A stretch of 64,000 bases of DNA from Obrimoposthia wandeli (lineage: Eukaryota). Location: contig CDROCS010000506.1 in assembly GCA_977020255.1 (NCBI GenBank), positions 3,658,001-3,722,000 on the forward strand. The letters run 5' to 3'. A program made the translations under genes and the position numbers. The notes under the pieces were generated by a model. That model did no database searches, was not told where the DNA came from, and saw only the letters and a list, made by a program, of their open reading frames with translations. Below, piece by piece: positions 46,735 through 56,540 of the stretch (position 1 is its first letter; every line of letters begins with the position of its first letter).

Positions 46735-47674
46735 TTTTCTTCCCCTTTACAATGAAGAAGATAAATACCACACCACCTAATATGCTGATGATCATTGAAA
46801 TAGGGATCTCGTAAGGGAAGATGATCACGCGACCAACAACATCACAAAGTAAAATTAAAATAGCACCAATAATAGCCGTTAGTGGAATATTCTTACGCAA
46901 ATTATCACCATAAAATTGCGCCACTAAATTGGGTACTATCAAGCCTAAGAAAGGTAATTGTCCGACAATCATGACCACAGATGCAGACATAATCGATACA
47001 AGTATGATGCCGATGAAGAGTATTTGTTTGTAATTCAAACCAATATTGGTGGCGAAATCTTTACCCATACCTACGGCAGATAAGCGGGTTGCATACCAAT
47101 AGCTGATGACGGAGATAGGCAGGGCGATATAAAGTAACTCGTAATTTCCCTGTAAGATACTGGCAAAATTAGCCACCTTCCAAGTTGATAAGTTTTGTAT
47201 GGCATCATATTTATAAGCGATAAATGTGGCAGCAGAAGACACTACATTACCAAAAATAATACCGATGAGCGGAACGTAAATGGCGTTTTTAAATTGGATC
47301 CGATGGATAAATTGAATAAATAGCAGGGTCCCCGCAATCGCCATTCCAAATATCAGTAATAAGCTATCACCATGACCAAGGAATACTAGGCTTAAGACAT
47401 AGCCGAGCATGGCACATTCAATCGTGCCTGAGGTTGATGGTGATGCAAATCTATTTTGACTGATTTGCTGCATAATCAAACCTGCAATACTCAGCCCTGC
47501 ACCTGATAATAAAATGGCCAATAGGCGGGGTAATCGACTGATTAATAGTAGCTCTATCGCATCAGTATCGCCAGCTAAAATAGCCGCTAAAGAGAGATCT
47601 GCGACACCGATAAATACCGATGCGATACTGAGAATGACAAGTAAAAACAATAACTTTTTCAAGGTAAGCCTCAA
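46727..47674 (-). CDS. vctD: Iron-siderophore ABC permease (VctD-like)
   Basis: SRLPR, MQQISQNRFASP, PFLGLIVPN. Confidence 0.8.
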   Translation of the reverse strand: MRLTLKKLLFLLVILSIASVFIGVADLSLAAILAGDTDAIELLLISRLPRLLAILLSGAGLSIAGLIMQQISQNRFASPSTSGTIECAMLGYVLSLVFLGHGDSLLLIFGMAIAGTLLFIQFIHRIQFKNAIYVPLIGIIFGNVVSSAATFIAYKYDAIQNLSTWKVANFASILQGNYELLYIALPISVISYWYATRLSAVGMGKDFATNIGLNYKQILFIGIILVSIMSASVVMIVGQLPFLGLIVPNLVAQFYGDNLRKNIPLTAIIGAILILLCDVVGRVIIFPYEIPISMIISILGGVVFIFFIVKGKKNV

Positions 47675-48580
47675 TTACAGTGCGCGTGATTGCTGCATAT
47701 CTTCAATCATTTGGTCGGTTGCTGTAACACCTGACAGAGCAATATACCAAGCGTTAATATCTAGGTAATTGAGTTTATCGTTTTTGTACGCTTTGGTTGA
47801 TTTAACTAATGGATTAGCGAATTCTTCACGGGTACGGCTCTTGTCTTTATTAATCAATTTGTCTTTGTCGATGATGAAGAGGTTAGCTGGATTAACGTTA
47901 CTAATAAATTCATATGAAATCAGATCACCATGACGAGACTCTTTAATATTAGGCACCGCTTCTTGGAAACCGAAATCACGATAAATGGCAGAGAAACGTG
48001 ATAGTGCACCAAATGTAGTGATATTACCGCCAGCGCTCATTACTGTTAATGCTTTAACGTCATTGGTTTTATTGTAAGCTGCAATTTCAGTGATCTTAGC
48101 GTCAACACTGGCGATTTTAGCTTCTACTTTTGGTTGGATTTCAAAGATATCACCAAGCATACGCCATTGTTGTTGAGTGCTCTGCCAATAGCCCTCTGAT
48201 TCTGGTGCGAACATGACTGTAGGGGCTATTTTTGATAGTTCTTTATAAGATTCGACAGCGCGAGAGCCGATGATGATCACATCTGGTTTTTGCATGTAAA
48301 TAGTTTCAAAATCAGGTTCGTTTAAGCTACCTGAAGACGCGAATTCTTTACTTTGATATTTCAATAAATAGTCAGGCATCGTTGTCGCTTTACTTAATGC
48401 CACAGGCTTAATACCAAAATAATCTAACGCATCTAATGTACCAGTGCCAATCACGACAACACGCTGAGGGTTAGTCTCTAATGTGGTTTTACCTAATTGA
48501 TGGGTAACTGTGATGGTGTCTGATAAAGCGTTGGCTGAAAATAATAATCCAAAGAAAGTAGCTACAACTGATAGTTTCAT
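47675..48580 (-). CDS. vctP: Periplasmic siderophore-binding protein (VctP-like)
   Basis: Signal peptide from ATG 48580; GSLNEPDFE, SRFSAIY, SHG-like RHGDLISYEF. Confidence 0.8.
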   Translation of the reverse strand: MKLSVVATFFGLLFSANALSDTITVTHQLGKTTLETNPQRVVVIGTGTLDALDYFGIKPVALSKATTMPDYLLKYQSKEFASSGSLNEPDFETIYMQKPDVIIIGSRAVESYKELSKIAPTVMFAPESEGYWQSTQQQWRMLGDIFEIQPKVEAKIASVDAKITEIAAYNKTNDVKALTVMSAGGNITTFGALSRFSAIYRDFGFQEAVPNIKESRHGDLISYEFISNVNPANLFIIDKDKLINKDKSRTREEFANPLVKSTKAYKNDKLNYLDINAWYIALSGVTATDQMIEDMQQSRAL

Positions 48581-48595
48581 ACTATTATAAATCCA

Positions 48596-48614
48596 AATGA
48601 TAATTGTTCGTATT
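48596..48614. promoter_or_regulatory. Fur box
   Basis: AATGATAATTGTTCGTATT matches 14 of 18 defined positions of AATGATAAT-N-ATTATCATT; 16 bp upstream of the siderophore operon. Confidence 0.7.
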
Positions 48615-48847
48615 CTTATATCATATAGTAAAACAAACCCCAATGACTAGCAAATAATAGGTAAAGAATGTAAATCAAAAAATGTAATGTAAAGCACTGT
48701 AAATTAACGTCATTTAGTGTTTGTGTATGTTGGTTTTAGCGGTGTGTTGTTAACAGTAATGTGAAGAAAGTAAAGGACGTATTACGGCCATAATAACTGT
48801 GCTATCTTAAATTTGTTGTTTTAACGCTTTAATTTTACGAGGTATTT

Positions 48848-49234
48848 ATGAGTTCTAACACCCAGACTCAAGTCCACAACTTAATGAACCAACAGGGTAA
48901 TGATATAAGTAATAGCCACGATAGTTATCATGCCCATTTTTATTTTGATGAGTCATCGTTAGCATTATCGACTGTATTACGAACCACTATTCGTGATGAA
49001 CTTGGCTTAGAAGTCGGTAATTTAAATACCCGGTTGGTGGGACCTCATCCACAATGGAGCTTTTCAGCAACATTTAGCCACGATGATTTTGCTGCTTTCG
49101 TCCCTTGGGTTAAAGCCAATAGGCAGGACCTGACTGTGTTGATACATGCCGTGACTGGCGATGATTTAATTGACCATACCGAGCATGTACATTGGTTGGG
49201 AACACCGATTAAACTTGATCTATCAGGCTTTTAA
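48848..49234 (+). CDS. DOPA 4,5-dioxygenase family protein
   Basis: YHAHFYF, GPHPQWS, VLIH..TGDD..DH...WLG. Confidence 0.85.
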   Translation: MSSNTQTQVHNLMNQQGNDISNSHDSYHAHFYFDESSLALSTVLRTTIRDELGLEVGNLNTRLVGPHPQWSFSATFSHDDFAAFVPWVKANRQDLTVLIHAVTGDDLIDHTEHVHWLGTPIKLDLSGF

Positions 49235-49308
49235 CACAAGCCTTTTAATACCGCTCTTTGAGTTCTGGTATGTGAAAATAGCCCTTTAAATCTCGGTGAG
49301 CACCGAGA

Positions 49309-49674
49309 TTATTTCTGCACTAACCAGTTGATGCCTGAAATATGTTTAGGGCCTTCTAAATCAACTAAAATCTCGGTCGGATCGTCGGGATTAATTTTGA
49401 TTGGAAATGCGTTTTTTGGTGCAAGTCTTGGCTCTAGTCCTGCACTCGGGTAAATATCGTCTTGATCTAGAGTGCCATTGTAAAGTTTATGATCATATGA
49501 ATAAGCAATATCAATGAGCACATCATTGTAATCATCATATTCTTGGCTGATCACAATGGCATTTGATGGTGTCCAATCATCTGCGCCACTAAAAACAAAA
49601 AAATACACCGCTGCCATCATTACAATAAAAGAGATTAATGCGGGTTTATTCTGTATTTCAATTCTTTCCGACAT
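49309..49674 (-). CDS. Membrane-anchored hypothetical protein (DUF3592-like)
   Basis: One N-terminal TM; YSYD..LYNG and IKINPDDP motifs. Confidence 0.5.
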   Translation of the reverse strand: MSERIEIQNKPALISFIVMMAAVYFFVFSGADDWTPSNAIVISQEYDDYNDVLIDIAYSYDHKLYNGTLDQDDIYPSAGLEPRLAPKNAFPIKINPDDPTEILVDLEGPKHISGINWLVQK

Positions 49675-49911
49675 ACTGTTACAACTTCCTACTGTTTATT
49701 GACCATATAAAATATAGCGGGATAATATATGGAAACAGCTCCTAACACTATTGAATTATAACTTCTTTTTTTCTGCTGAATTTATAATTAAAATGCTGAT
49801 TCGTAACAACTGTACTACATTAGTTAACATTGATTGATCATATTATTCAATAACAAAAGCCAAAATGACATTCAATATTTAATTGTGTTTATAACATGGA
49901 GTACAGATAAC

Positions 49912-51456
49912 ATGGTTACTACAATGCAGAAAAGGTTAAGGCTGCTTTCATTTGCAGCCTTGGGGTTGGCGTCGCTTAATCTAAGTGCAGCTGAAAAACC
50001 GAATATTCTGGTTATTTGGGGGGATGATATTGGCCAGTCAAATGTCAGTGCTTATACCTTTGGTTTAATGGGCTATAAAACACCGAGTATTGATAGTATT
50101 GCGAAAGAAGGCATGATGTTTACCGATTACTATGCTGAGCAATCTTGTACCGCGGGTCGTTCAACGTTTATTACTGGCCAAAGTGTATTGCGTACAGGCT
50201 TAAGTAAAGTTGGTTTACCTGGTGCTGACGTTGGTTTGCAAGCATCGGACGCCACGATTGCTGAAATCCTTAAACCTATGGGTTATGCAACAGGTCAATT
50301 TGGTAAAAATCACCTTGGTGATCAAGATAAATTCTTGCCAACTGCACACGGTTTTGATGAGTTCTTTGGTAATTTATATCACTTAAATGCTGAAGAAGAA
50401 CCTGAGAATATTGATTATCCGAAAGATCCTGAATTCCGTAAAAAATTCGGCCCTCGTGGTGTTATTCATTCTTATGCAGATGGAAAAATTGAAGATACAG
50501 GTCCATTAACTAAAAAACGCATGGAAACAATTGATGATGAAAGCATCGTTGCAGCCATGAAGTTTATGGATAAATCAGTAAAAGCCAAAAAACCATTCTT
50601 TGTTTGGTGGAATGCAACACGTATGCATTTCCGTACTCATATCCAACCTTCACAGCAAGGTCAATCTAACTTAAGTAATTATGCTGATGGTATGATTGAA
50701 CATGATAAACATGTTGGTACATTATTGAAGAAAGTCGATGATCTAGGTATTAAAGATAATACGATCGTGTTCTATTCTACAGATAACGGCCCACACATGA
50801 ACAGCTGGCCTGATGCCGGTGCAACGCCTTTCCGTGGCGAGAAAAATACTAACTGGGAAGGTGCTTATCGTGTTCCCGCTATGGTTCGCTGGCCGGGCAA
50901 AATTAAAGCTGGTGAAGTGTCTAACGAGATCATGCATCACATGGACTGGTTACCAACGTTTGCAGCAGCCGCTGGTGATTCAGATGTGAAAGCGAAACTA
51001 TTGAAAGGTCATAAAGCTGGCCCTAAGAAGTTTAAAAATCATTTAGACGGTTACAACTTCTTACCTTACCTAACGGGTAAATCAGAAACTGCACCACGTA
51101 AAGAAATCTTTTACTTCACTGATGATGGTGATTTAGCTGCATTACGTTATAACAACTGGAAAGCGGTGTTCATGGAGCAGCGTGTTCAAGGTACGATGCA
51201 AATCTGGTCTGAACCGTTTGTGACATTACGTTTACCTAAATTGTTTAACTTACGTATGGACCCATACGAAACTGCAGATATTACGTCTAATACATACTAC
51301 GACTGGTTATTAGACCATGCGTACATGTTTGTGCCTGCACAAGCGTATGTTGGTGATTTCTTAAAAACATTCCAAGAGTTCCCTCCTAGTCAAAAAGCGG
51401 CAAGTTTCAGCTTAGATCAGGTAATGGAAAAACTACAAGAAAGTCACAATAAATAA
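49912..51456 (+). CDS. Secreted formylglycine-dependent arylsulfatase (paralog 2)
   Basis: GGAG SD before ATG 49912; signal peptide; WGDDIG; SCTAGR; long stretches identical to paralog 1 (HGFDEFFGNLYHLNAEEEPEN, FGPRGVIHSYADG). Confidence 0.92.
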   Translation: MVTTMQKRLRLLSFAALGLASLNLSAAEKPNILVIWGDDIGQSNVSAYTFGLMGYKTPSIDSIAKEGMMFTDYYAEQSCTAGRSTFITGQSVLRTGLSKVGLPGADVGLQASDATIAEILKPMGYATGQFGKNHLGDQDKFLPTAHGFDEFFGNLYHLNAEEEPENIDYPKDPEFRKKFGPRGVIHSYADGKIEDTGPLTKKRMETIDDESIVAAMKFMDKSVKAKKPFFVWWNATRMHFRTHIQPSQQGQSNLSNYADGMIEHDKHVGTLLKKVDDLGIKDNTIVFYSTDNGPHMNSWPDAGATPFRGEKNTNWEGAYRVPAMVRWPGKIKAGEVSNEIMHHMDWLPTFAAAAGDSDVKAKLLKGHKAGPKKFKNHLDGYNFLPYLTGKSETAPRKEIFYFTDDGDLAALRYNNWKAVFMEQRVQGTMQIWSEPFVTLRLPKLFNLRMDPYETADITSNTYYDWLLDHAYMFVPAQAYVGDFLKTFQEFPPSQKAASFSLDQVMEKLQESHNK

Positions 51457-51469
51457 GTAATATCATGTT

Positions 51470-51498
51470 AAAGGGCGCATTGGCGCCCTTTATTTTTT
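51470..51498 (+). terminator. Intrinsic terminator/attenuating hairpin between the sulfatase and moxR
   Basis: AAAGGGCGC-attg-GCGCCCTTT-ATTTTTT. Confidence 0.7.
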
Positions 51499-51573
51499 AT
51501 GCTTATTTATATTAGTGAGCGATAAAAAATAACACATACTCAATCCAATCTCAGTCATATCAGTGGTGTCATT

Positions 51574-52551
51574 ATGGATAAACAAGCAGTCTATACGCAG
51601 CTTGAGCTACTTAAAAATGGATTACAATCGCAGGTATTAGGGCAAGCAGATATAGTCAAAGGTTTGTTAGTTGCCTTACTTGCCGATGGTCATGTGCTGC
51701 TGGAAGGTTTACCTGGTACGGCGAAAACTCGTAGTGTTAAAGCGTTATCTGAATTGTTAGGGCTAAGCCAAGGACGAGTGCAATTTACCCCGGACTTATT
51801 GCCTTCTGATGTGATTGGGTATGAGTCCCTATCTGTGAACAATGGTCAGCAAATTGATTTTAACCCGGGACCTGTATTTAACAGTGTGTTGTTGGCGGAT
51901 GAGATCAATCGTGCGCCGCCTAAAGTACAGTCAGCACTGTTAGAGGCGATGGAAGAACGACAAGTGACCGTCGGCAATACCAGCCATAAGATGCAGCCTG
52001 TATTTATGGTCATGGCAACGCAAAACCCCATAGAACAAGAAGGTACTTATCCATTACCTGAAGCGCAAATGGACCGTTTTCTGTTTAAGCTTATCTTAGA
52101 CTATCCCGACCATGACACTGAACTGGCTATCATTCGTTTAGTGCGAGGACAAAACAAACAAAAAAGTATGCAATTAACGCCATTAGATAACGCTGAGGCA
52201 TTCATTTTAACAGCGCGTGATTTAGTGGATGAAGTATATATTTCTGAAAATATTGAGCAGTATATTGTTTCGCTGGTGATGGCAACACGTGATCCAACTA
52301 TCACAAATAATGAACAGCTAGCCGAACTTATTCGTGTTGGTGCGAGCCCTAGAGCAAGTATTGCGTTGGATAAAGCGGCTCGTGCCCACGCATTATTGTC
52401 AGGCCGTGATTTTGTTGACCCAGATGATGTAAGAGCTGTGGCTGTACCAGTATTGAATCATCGGATCACGCTCAGTTATAACGCGGTAGCCTTGGGTAAA
52501 TCAGCATCGCAAGTCGTGATTGATTTGATTAAAGCGACGCCGGTGCTTTAG
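51574..52551 (+). CDS. moxR: MoxR-family AAA+ ATPase
   Basis: GLPGTAKT, QFTPDLLPSD, DEINRA, ATQNPIEQEGTYPLPEAQMDRF, GASPRA. Confidence 0.95.
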   Translation: MDKQAVYTQLELLKNGLQSQVLGQADIVKGLLVALLADGHVLLEGLPGTAKTRSVKALSELLGLSQGRVQFTPDLLPSDVIGYESLSVNNGQQIDFNPGPVFNSVLLADEINRAPPKVQSALLEAMEERQVTVGNTSHKMQPVFMVMATQNPIEQEGTYPLPEAQMDRFLFKLILDYPDHDTELAIIRLVRGQNKQKSMQLTPLDNAEAFILTARDLVDEVYISENIEQYIVSLVMATRDPTITNNEQLAELIRVGASPRASIALDKAARAHALLSGRDFVDPDDVRAVAVPVLNHRITLSYNAVALGKSASQVVIDLIKATPVL

Positions 52552-52564
52552 GAGGCGCATAGCA

Positions 52565-53485
52565 ATGGATGATGCGCGGATTTACACTAATCTAGCCAGG
52601 TTAATCGCATTAAAGCAATATGCGGTGAAAATACGCTTGAGTGCCAGTTATCGGCCTGCAGGCATGCTATCTGGACAGCATGCCTCACGCCTGCGTGGTA
52701 GTGGTTTAAATTTTGAAGAATTAAGACAATATCAAGATGGGGATAATATTCGCCAAATTGATTCACGTACCAGTGCTCGTCTAGGTAAACCTTATGTGCG
52801 TATTTATTCTGAAGAAACAGACCGTCCCGTATCGATAGTAGTTGATCAGCGCCTGTCTATGTTTTTTGGTAGTGTCGATAAAACGAAATCAGTGGTTGCT
52901 GCAGAGGTGGCGGCTTTATTTGCATGGATGGCACATTCAGCAGGCGACAGAGTGGGTGGTTTGGTGATCGCAGATAAAATTCACCAAATCAGCACTAAGC
53001 GTACCAGCCGAGGTGTACTGCAATTGTTAGAAACGATAGTGACAGCAAATAATCAATTGTCACTTGATCCGGTAAAAGCATCAAACAACCCCCAATCGTC
53101 TATTTTCAGTCAACTCAAGCCTTGGCTATCAAGCTTAAATAATCAAAGTGTCGTGATTCTAATTACTGATATTGAAGGTCTTGCAGAAGATGATATTAAT
53201 GAATTAGAGGTGATACATCACAAGGCTAATGTTCTGTTATTTATCGTACAAGATCCGTTGGAAGTCGATATTAGTCGGGCTCATGGCCTGAGCGTTTCAC
53301 AAGGACAACAGCAGATAAATATTCAAGCAAATAGTGACAGTCAGAATAAGTTTGACCAGTTATATCAAGCTAAGTTACAGCGATTAGAAAAAGCATTGGT
53401 GGCGAGCACTTTACCGATTGGATTAGTTAATACGACTGACCCGGTTGATTTGCAAATAGCGACATTATTACAGGGACATAAATAA
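52565..53485 (+). CDS. DUF58 protein (degenerate VWA)
   Basis: GLNFEELRQYQDGDNIRQID, VDQRLSMFFGS, GDRVG. Confidence 0.9.
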   Translation: MDDARIYTNLARLIALKQYAVKIRLSASYRPAGMLSGQHASRLRGSGLNFEELRQYQDGDNIRQIDSRTSARLGKPYVRIYSEETDRPVSIVVDQRLSMFFGSVDKTKSVVAAEVAALFAWMAHSAGDRVGGLVIADKIHQISTKRTSRGVLQLLETIVTANNQLSLDPVKASNNPQSSIFSQLKPWLSSLNNQSVVILITDIEGLAEDDINELEVIHHKANVLLFIVQDPLEVDISRAHGLSVSQGQQQINIQANSDSQNKFDQLYQAKLQRLEKALVASTLPIGLVNTTDPVDLQIATLLQGHK

Positions 53486-53994
53486 TGAATTCGTTGCAGC
53501 AACTGGTAGGACTGATATTACCCCAGCATGTGAGCTGGTGGCCATTAGCGCCTGGTTGGTACGTATTGATGATGTTGGTTGTACTTGTGTTAGGTATCTT
53601 TATTTACCATAAGCGTAAGCATTATATTAACAATGCCTATCGACGTAATGCATTATCACAGCTGCAGTTGTTATCAATGCAGGATGCGACGCAGATGTTA
53701 GGTATCTTACAGCATGCACTTAGCCATGCACTTAACTATACACTTAACCATGCTCTTAATGATGCGCTTAGTCATACTACTGCACAGCAGGTTGAATTAC
53801 AGGAGGAGACATTTCTAGTAAGTCTAAACAAAGGCACCGATAGTGTGTCTTTTACTCATGTTGATTGGCAGTTATTAAACCAATTGGCTTTTCAGCAGGC
53901 AGATAAAATTAACTGTAATGATGATGAATTCGCTACCTTGAAAACGAAGTGCCAGCAATGGCTACAGGGGCATCATTATGAACATCACACTTGA
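53485..53994 (+). CDS. DUF4381 membrane protein
   Basis: LP..VSWWPLAPGW, one TM, YRR.AL; carries an internal 12-nt tandem repeat. Confidence 0.85.
   Translation: MNSLQQLVGLILPQHVSWWPLAPGWYVLMMLVVLVLGIFIYHKRKHYINNAYRRNALSQLQLLSMQDATQMLGILQHALSHALNYTLNHALNDALSHTTAQQVELQEETFLVSLNKGTDSVSFTHVDWQLLNQLAFQQADKINCNDDEFATLKTKCQQWLQGHHYEHHT
53713..53772 (+). repeat. Imperfect 12-nt tandem repeat x5 (HALS/HALN/YTLN/HALN/DALS)
   Basis: catgcacttagc catgcacttaac tatacacttaac catgctcttaat gatgcgcttagt. Confidence 0.8.
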
Positions 53995-54988
53995 GTACCC
54001 TTGGTTACTATTGCTATTAGTATTACCTTATTTTATTCATCGTTTTTTACCTGCATATATGCAGCCGAGTGTGTCGATTTATATCCCATTCTTTCAGCGT
54101 GTCGTCGCTGCCACAGGTCAAACTCCTAACGCTGGGGCTGTTGCACATCAACGTCAGCTTATTCAGTCTATTGCGTTGATTTTATTTTGGGTTGGATTGA
54201 TATTCAGCTTAGCTCGGCCGGTCTTATTAGGTGAAGTCCAGATCACGGAGAAAACGGGTCGTGACTTGATGATCGCAGTCGATTTATCGCAATCGATGGA
54301 ACAAAAAGATTACTTTATGGCGGGTGATGACCAGCAGGCTATTTCAAGAATTGATGCGCTTAAAGCAGTACTAAGTGCATTTTCAAAGGAAAGAGCTGGC
54401 GATCGTCTGGGATTGATTGTGTTTGGATCTGGTGCGTATTTACAAGTCCCTTTCACTGACGATCTACAATTATGGTTAAATTTACTCAATGACATGGATA
54501 CTCAGATGGCAGGGCCTGCCACCGCGATTGGTGATGCTATTGGCTTATCTATTCGTGCATTTGAGCAATCTAATTCGACCCAACGTTTGTTACTGCTGGT
54601 GACTGATGGTAGTGATACCAACTCACGGCTTGATGCTGTTGATGCAGCTCGTGTCGCGGCAACCGATGGTATAAAAATTTATACCTTAGGGTTGGGCGAT
54701 CCTGAAACAGAAGGTGATGATAAAGTCGATTTTACCAGCCTTGAGAAGATCGCGAGTGTCAGTAATGGGGCGAGTTATGTCGCTGCAGATAGTGATAGTT
54801 TACAAAAGGTGTTAGCTGATATTAATAATATCGCGCCTGCTAATTATGAACAGCAGCACTTTCAGCCTAAAACCGATCTATACCCTTGGTTGATGGGGCC
54901 ATTGTTAATTTTTTATGTGCTTGTTTGGGGCTTTCTAACGATACAGACTTATTGGAAAAATAGCAGAAGAGGCAAATATGTTGAGTGA
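53978..54988 (+). CDS. BatA-like membrane VWA protein
   Basis: MIDAS DLSQS, GDRLGLIVFG, TAIGDAIG, LVTDG. Confidence 0.88.
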   Translation: MNITLEYPWLLLLLVLPYFIHRFLPAYMQPSVSIYIPFFQRVVAATGQTPNAGAVAHQRQLIQSIALILFWVGLIFSLARPVLLGEVQITEKTGRDLMIAVDLSQSMEQKDYFMAGDDQQAISRIDALKAVLSAFSKERAGDRLGLIVFGSGAYLQVPFTDDLQLWLNLLNDMDTQMAGPATAIGDAIGLSIRAFEQSNSTQRLLLLVTDGSDTNSRLDAVDAARVAATDGIKIYTLGLGDPETEGDDKVDFTSLEKIASVSNGASYVAADSDSLQKVLADINNIAPANYEQQHFQPKTDLYPWLMGPLLIFYVLVWGFLTIQTYWKNSRRGKYVE

Positions 54989-56540
54989 TCTCCAGTTTGT
55001 TCAACCGTTATGGTTGCTGTTATTTTTACCCATTTCACTCTTGTTATTTTTGTTGTGGCGTAGCCGTATTCAGGCCGTCGCGTTGGCTGGACAAGGTATT
55101 GTGGCTAGCCATCTGGCGCGTGTATTTTCATTACAGGGTAATAAAAAAGCCAGTTTAAAACCTATTCTGCTCGCTCTCATTGGCACGAGTTTTGTTATTA
55201 TTGCCATCGCAGGGCCGCAAATACAGTTGGCTGGCGATGAGAAAATAAATGCGCCGCTTATTATTGCATTAGACCTGTCCATATCGATGGAAAATGAAAA
55301 TCAGTCTGGTGTTTCTAATTTACAGCGGGGTAAATTAATTACCGATCAACTATTGCAGCAAGGATTCAATCGTCCCGTGTCATTACTTGCGTTTGCGGGT
55401 AGTAGCCATCAAGTTTTACCTGTTTCAGAACAGTTAAAATTATTGCGTTTGTACCTAGGTTATTTAGCGCCCTCGGTCATGCCTGAAGAAGGGGATGATC
55501 TTAATCAGTTATTACTGGAAGTTAATCGGATTAAAGACGGACAGCAATTTGGTTATGACTTATTAATTATCAGTGATGGTTTTAGTGTCAACGTGGCTGA
55601 TTTTAACCAGGCTAAAAAAGCCAATAATGTGTTACTTGTTGCCTTAACGGACACTGCCGTGCAGCAAGCTAAATCACTAGATATAGCCGTATTAACGGGT
55701 AAATACTTAGACAGTGCAGACAGTAGTCTTTACTTGCGATTAACCGATCTTGCAGAGAACCATCGTGCTGGAGATCAAGTACTGACCAGTATAGGTTACT
55801 GGTTATTGTATCCCGTGTTATTGATGGCGTTGTATTTCTTCCGACGTGGTTTTAACTTGCACTGGGCTGCGGTAATCGTACTCGTTGTGAACTTGAGCCC
55901 AAATACTGCAGAGGCTGCTTTTATTGATTGGTGGATGACGGCCGATCAACAAGGGGCTTATTATTTTAATCAACAAGACTACAAAGAAGCTGCGATACGT
56001 TTTCAAGATCCGAGTTGGCAAGCTGCGGCTTATGTCTATGCGAAGGATTATCGTAAAGCGGCGGCTATTTATGAACAGCAAGATGATTTGACAGGGTTAT
56101 TTAATTTAGCTGTGACCAACAGCGAAGGGCGTAATTATCATCGGTCGCAAAAGTTGTATCAATTATTATTAGAAATTGAACCTGATAACGCTGATGCATT
56201 AAATAACCTACGTATTATTACCGCGTTGATCGAAGAGATTAAGCTCACAGCTGAAAACCAACAAGAAGAAAAACCGCCCAGTGAGAATGCTGATTCAGAG
56301 GATATGGTCGATGAGCAATTGGCTGCAGAACGTGAACAAATAGGCAAGGTAACGCTTGAATTAGAAACGCTTTCGCTAGATGAACTACTGGGTAGTGAAC
56401 AGAAAAAGCAGCAATGGTTACGTGATATAAGTCGTGATCCTAAGTTATTTTTAGGGGCGAAGTTTCAAGCACAATATAATAAAAAGTTTAATAAAAAGCA
56501 TAATAAACAATTAGACACTACAGGTGGTGTGAATGAATAG
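54978..56540 (+). CDS. BatB/BatC-like VWA + TPR membrane protein
   Basis: MIDAS DLSIS, LLAFAGS, LIISDG; C-terminal TPRs (WQAAAYVYAKDY..AA). Confidence 0.82.
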   Translation: MLSDLQFVQPLWLLLFLPISLLLFLLWRSRIQAVALAGQGIVASHLARVFSLQGNKKASLKPILLALIGTSFVIIAIAGPQIQLAGDEKINAPLIIALDLSISMENENQSGVSNLQRGKLITDQLLQQGFNRPVSLLAFAGSSHQVLPVSEQLKLLRLYLGYLAPSVMPEEGDDLNQLLLEVNRIKDGQQFGYDLLIISDGFSVNVADFNQAKKANNVLLVALTDTAVQQAKSLDIAVLTGKYLDSADSSLYLRLTDLAENHRAGDQVLTSIGYWLLYPVLLMALYFFRRGFNLHWAAVIVLVVNLSPNTAEAAFIDWWMTADQQGAYYFNQQDYKEAAIRFQDPSWQAAAYVYAKDYRKAAAIYEQQDDLTGLFNLAVTNSEGRNYHRSQKLYQLLLEIEPDNADALNNLRIITALIEEIKLTAENQQEEKPPSENADSEDMVDEQLAAEREQIGKVTLELETLSLDELLGSEQKKQQWLRDISRDPKLFLGAKFQAQYNKKFNKKHNKQLDTTGGVNE

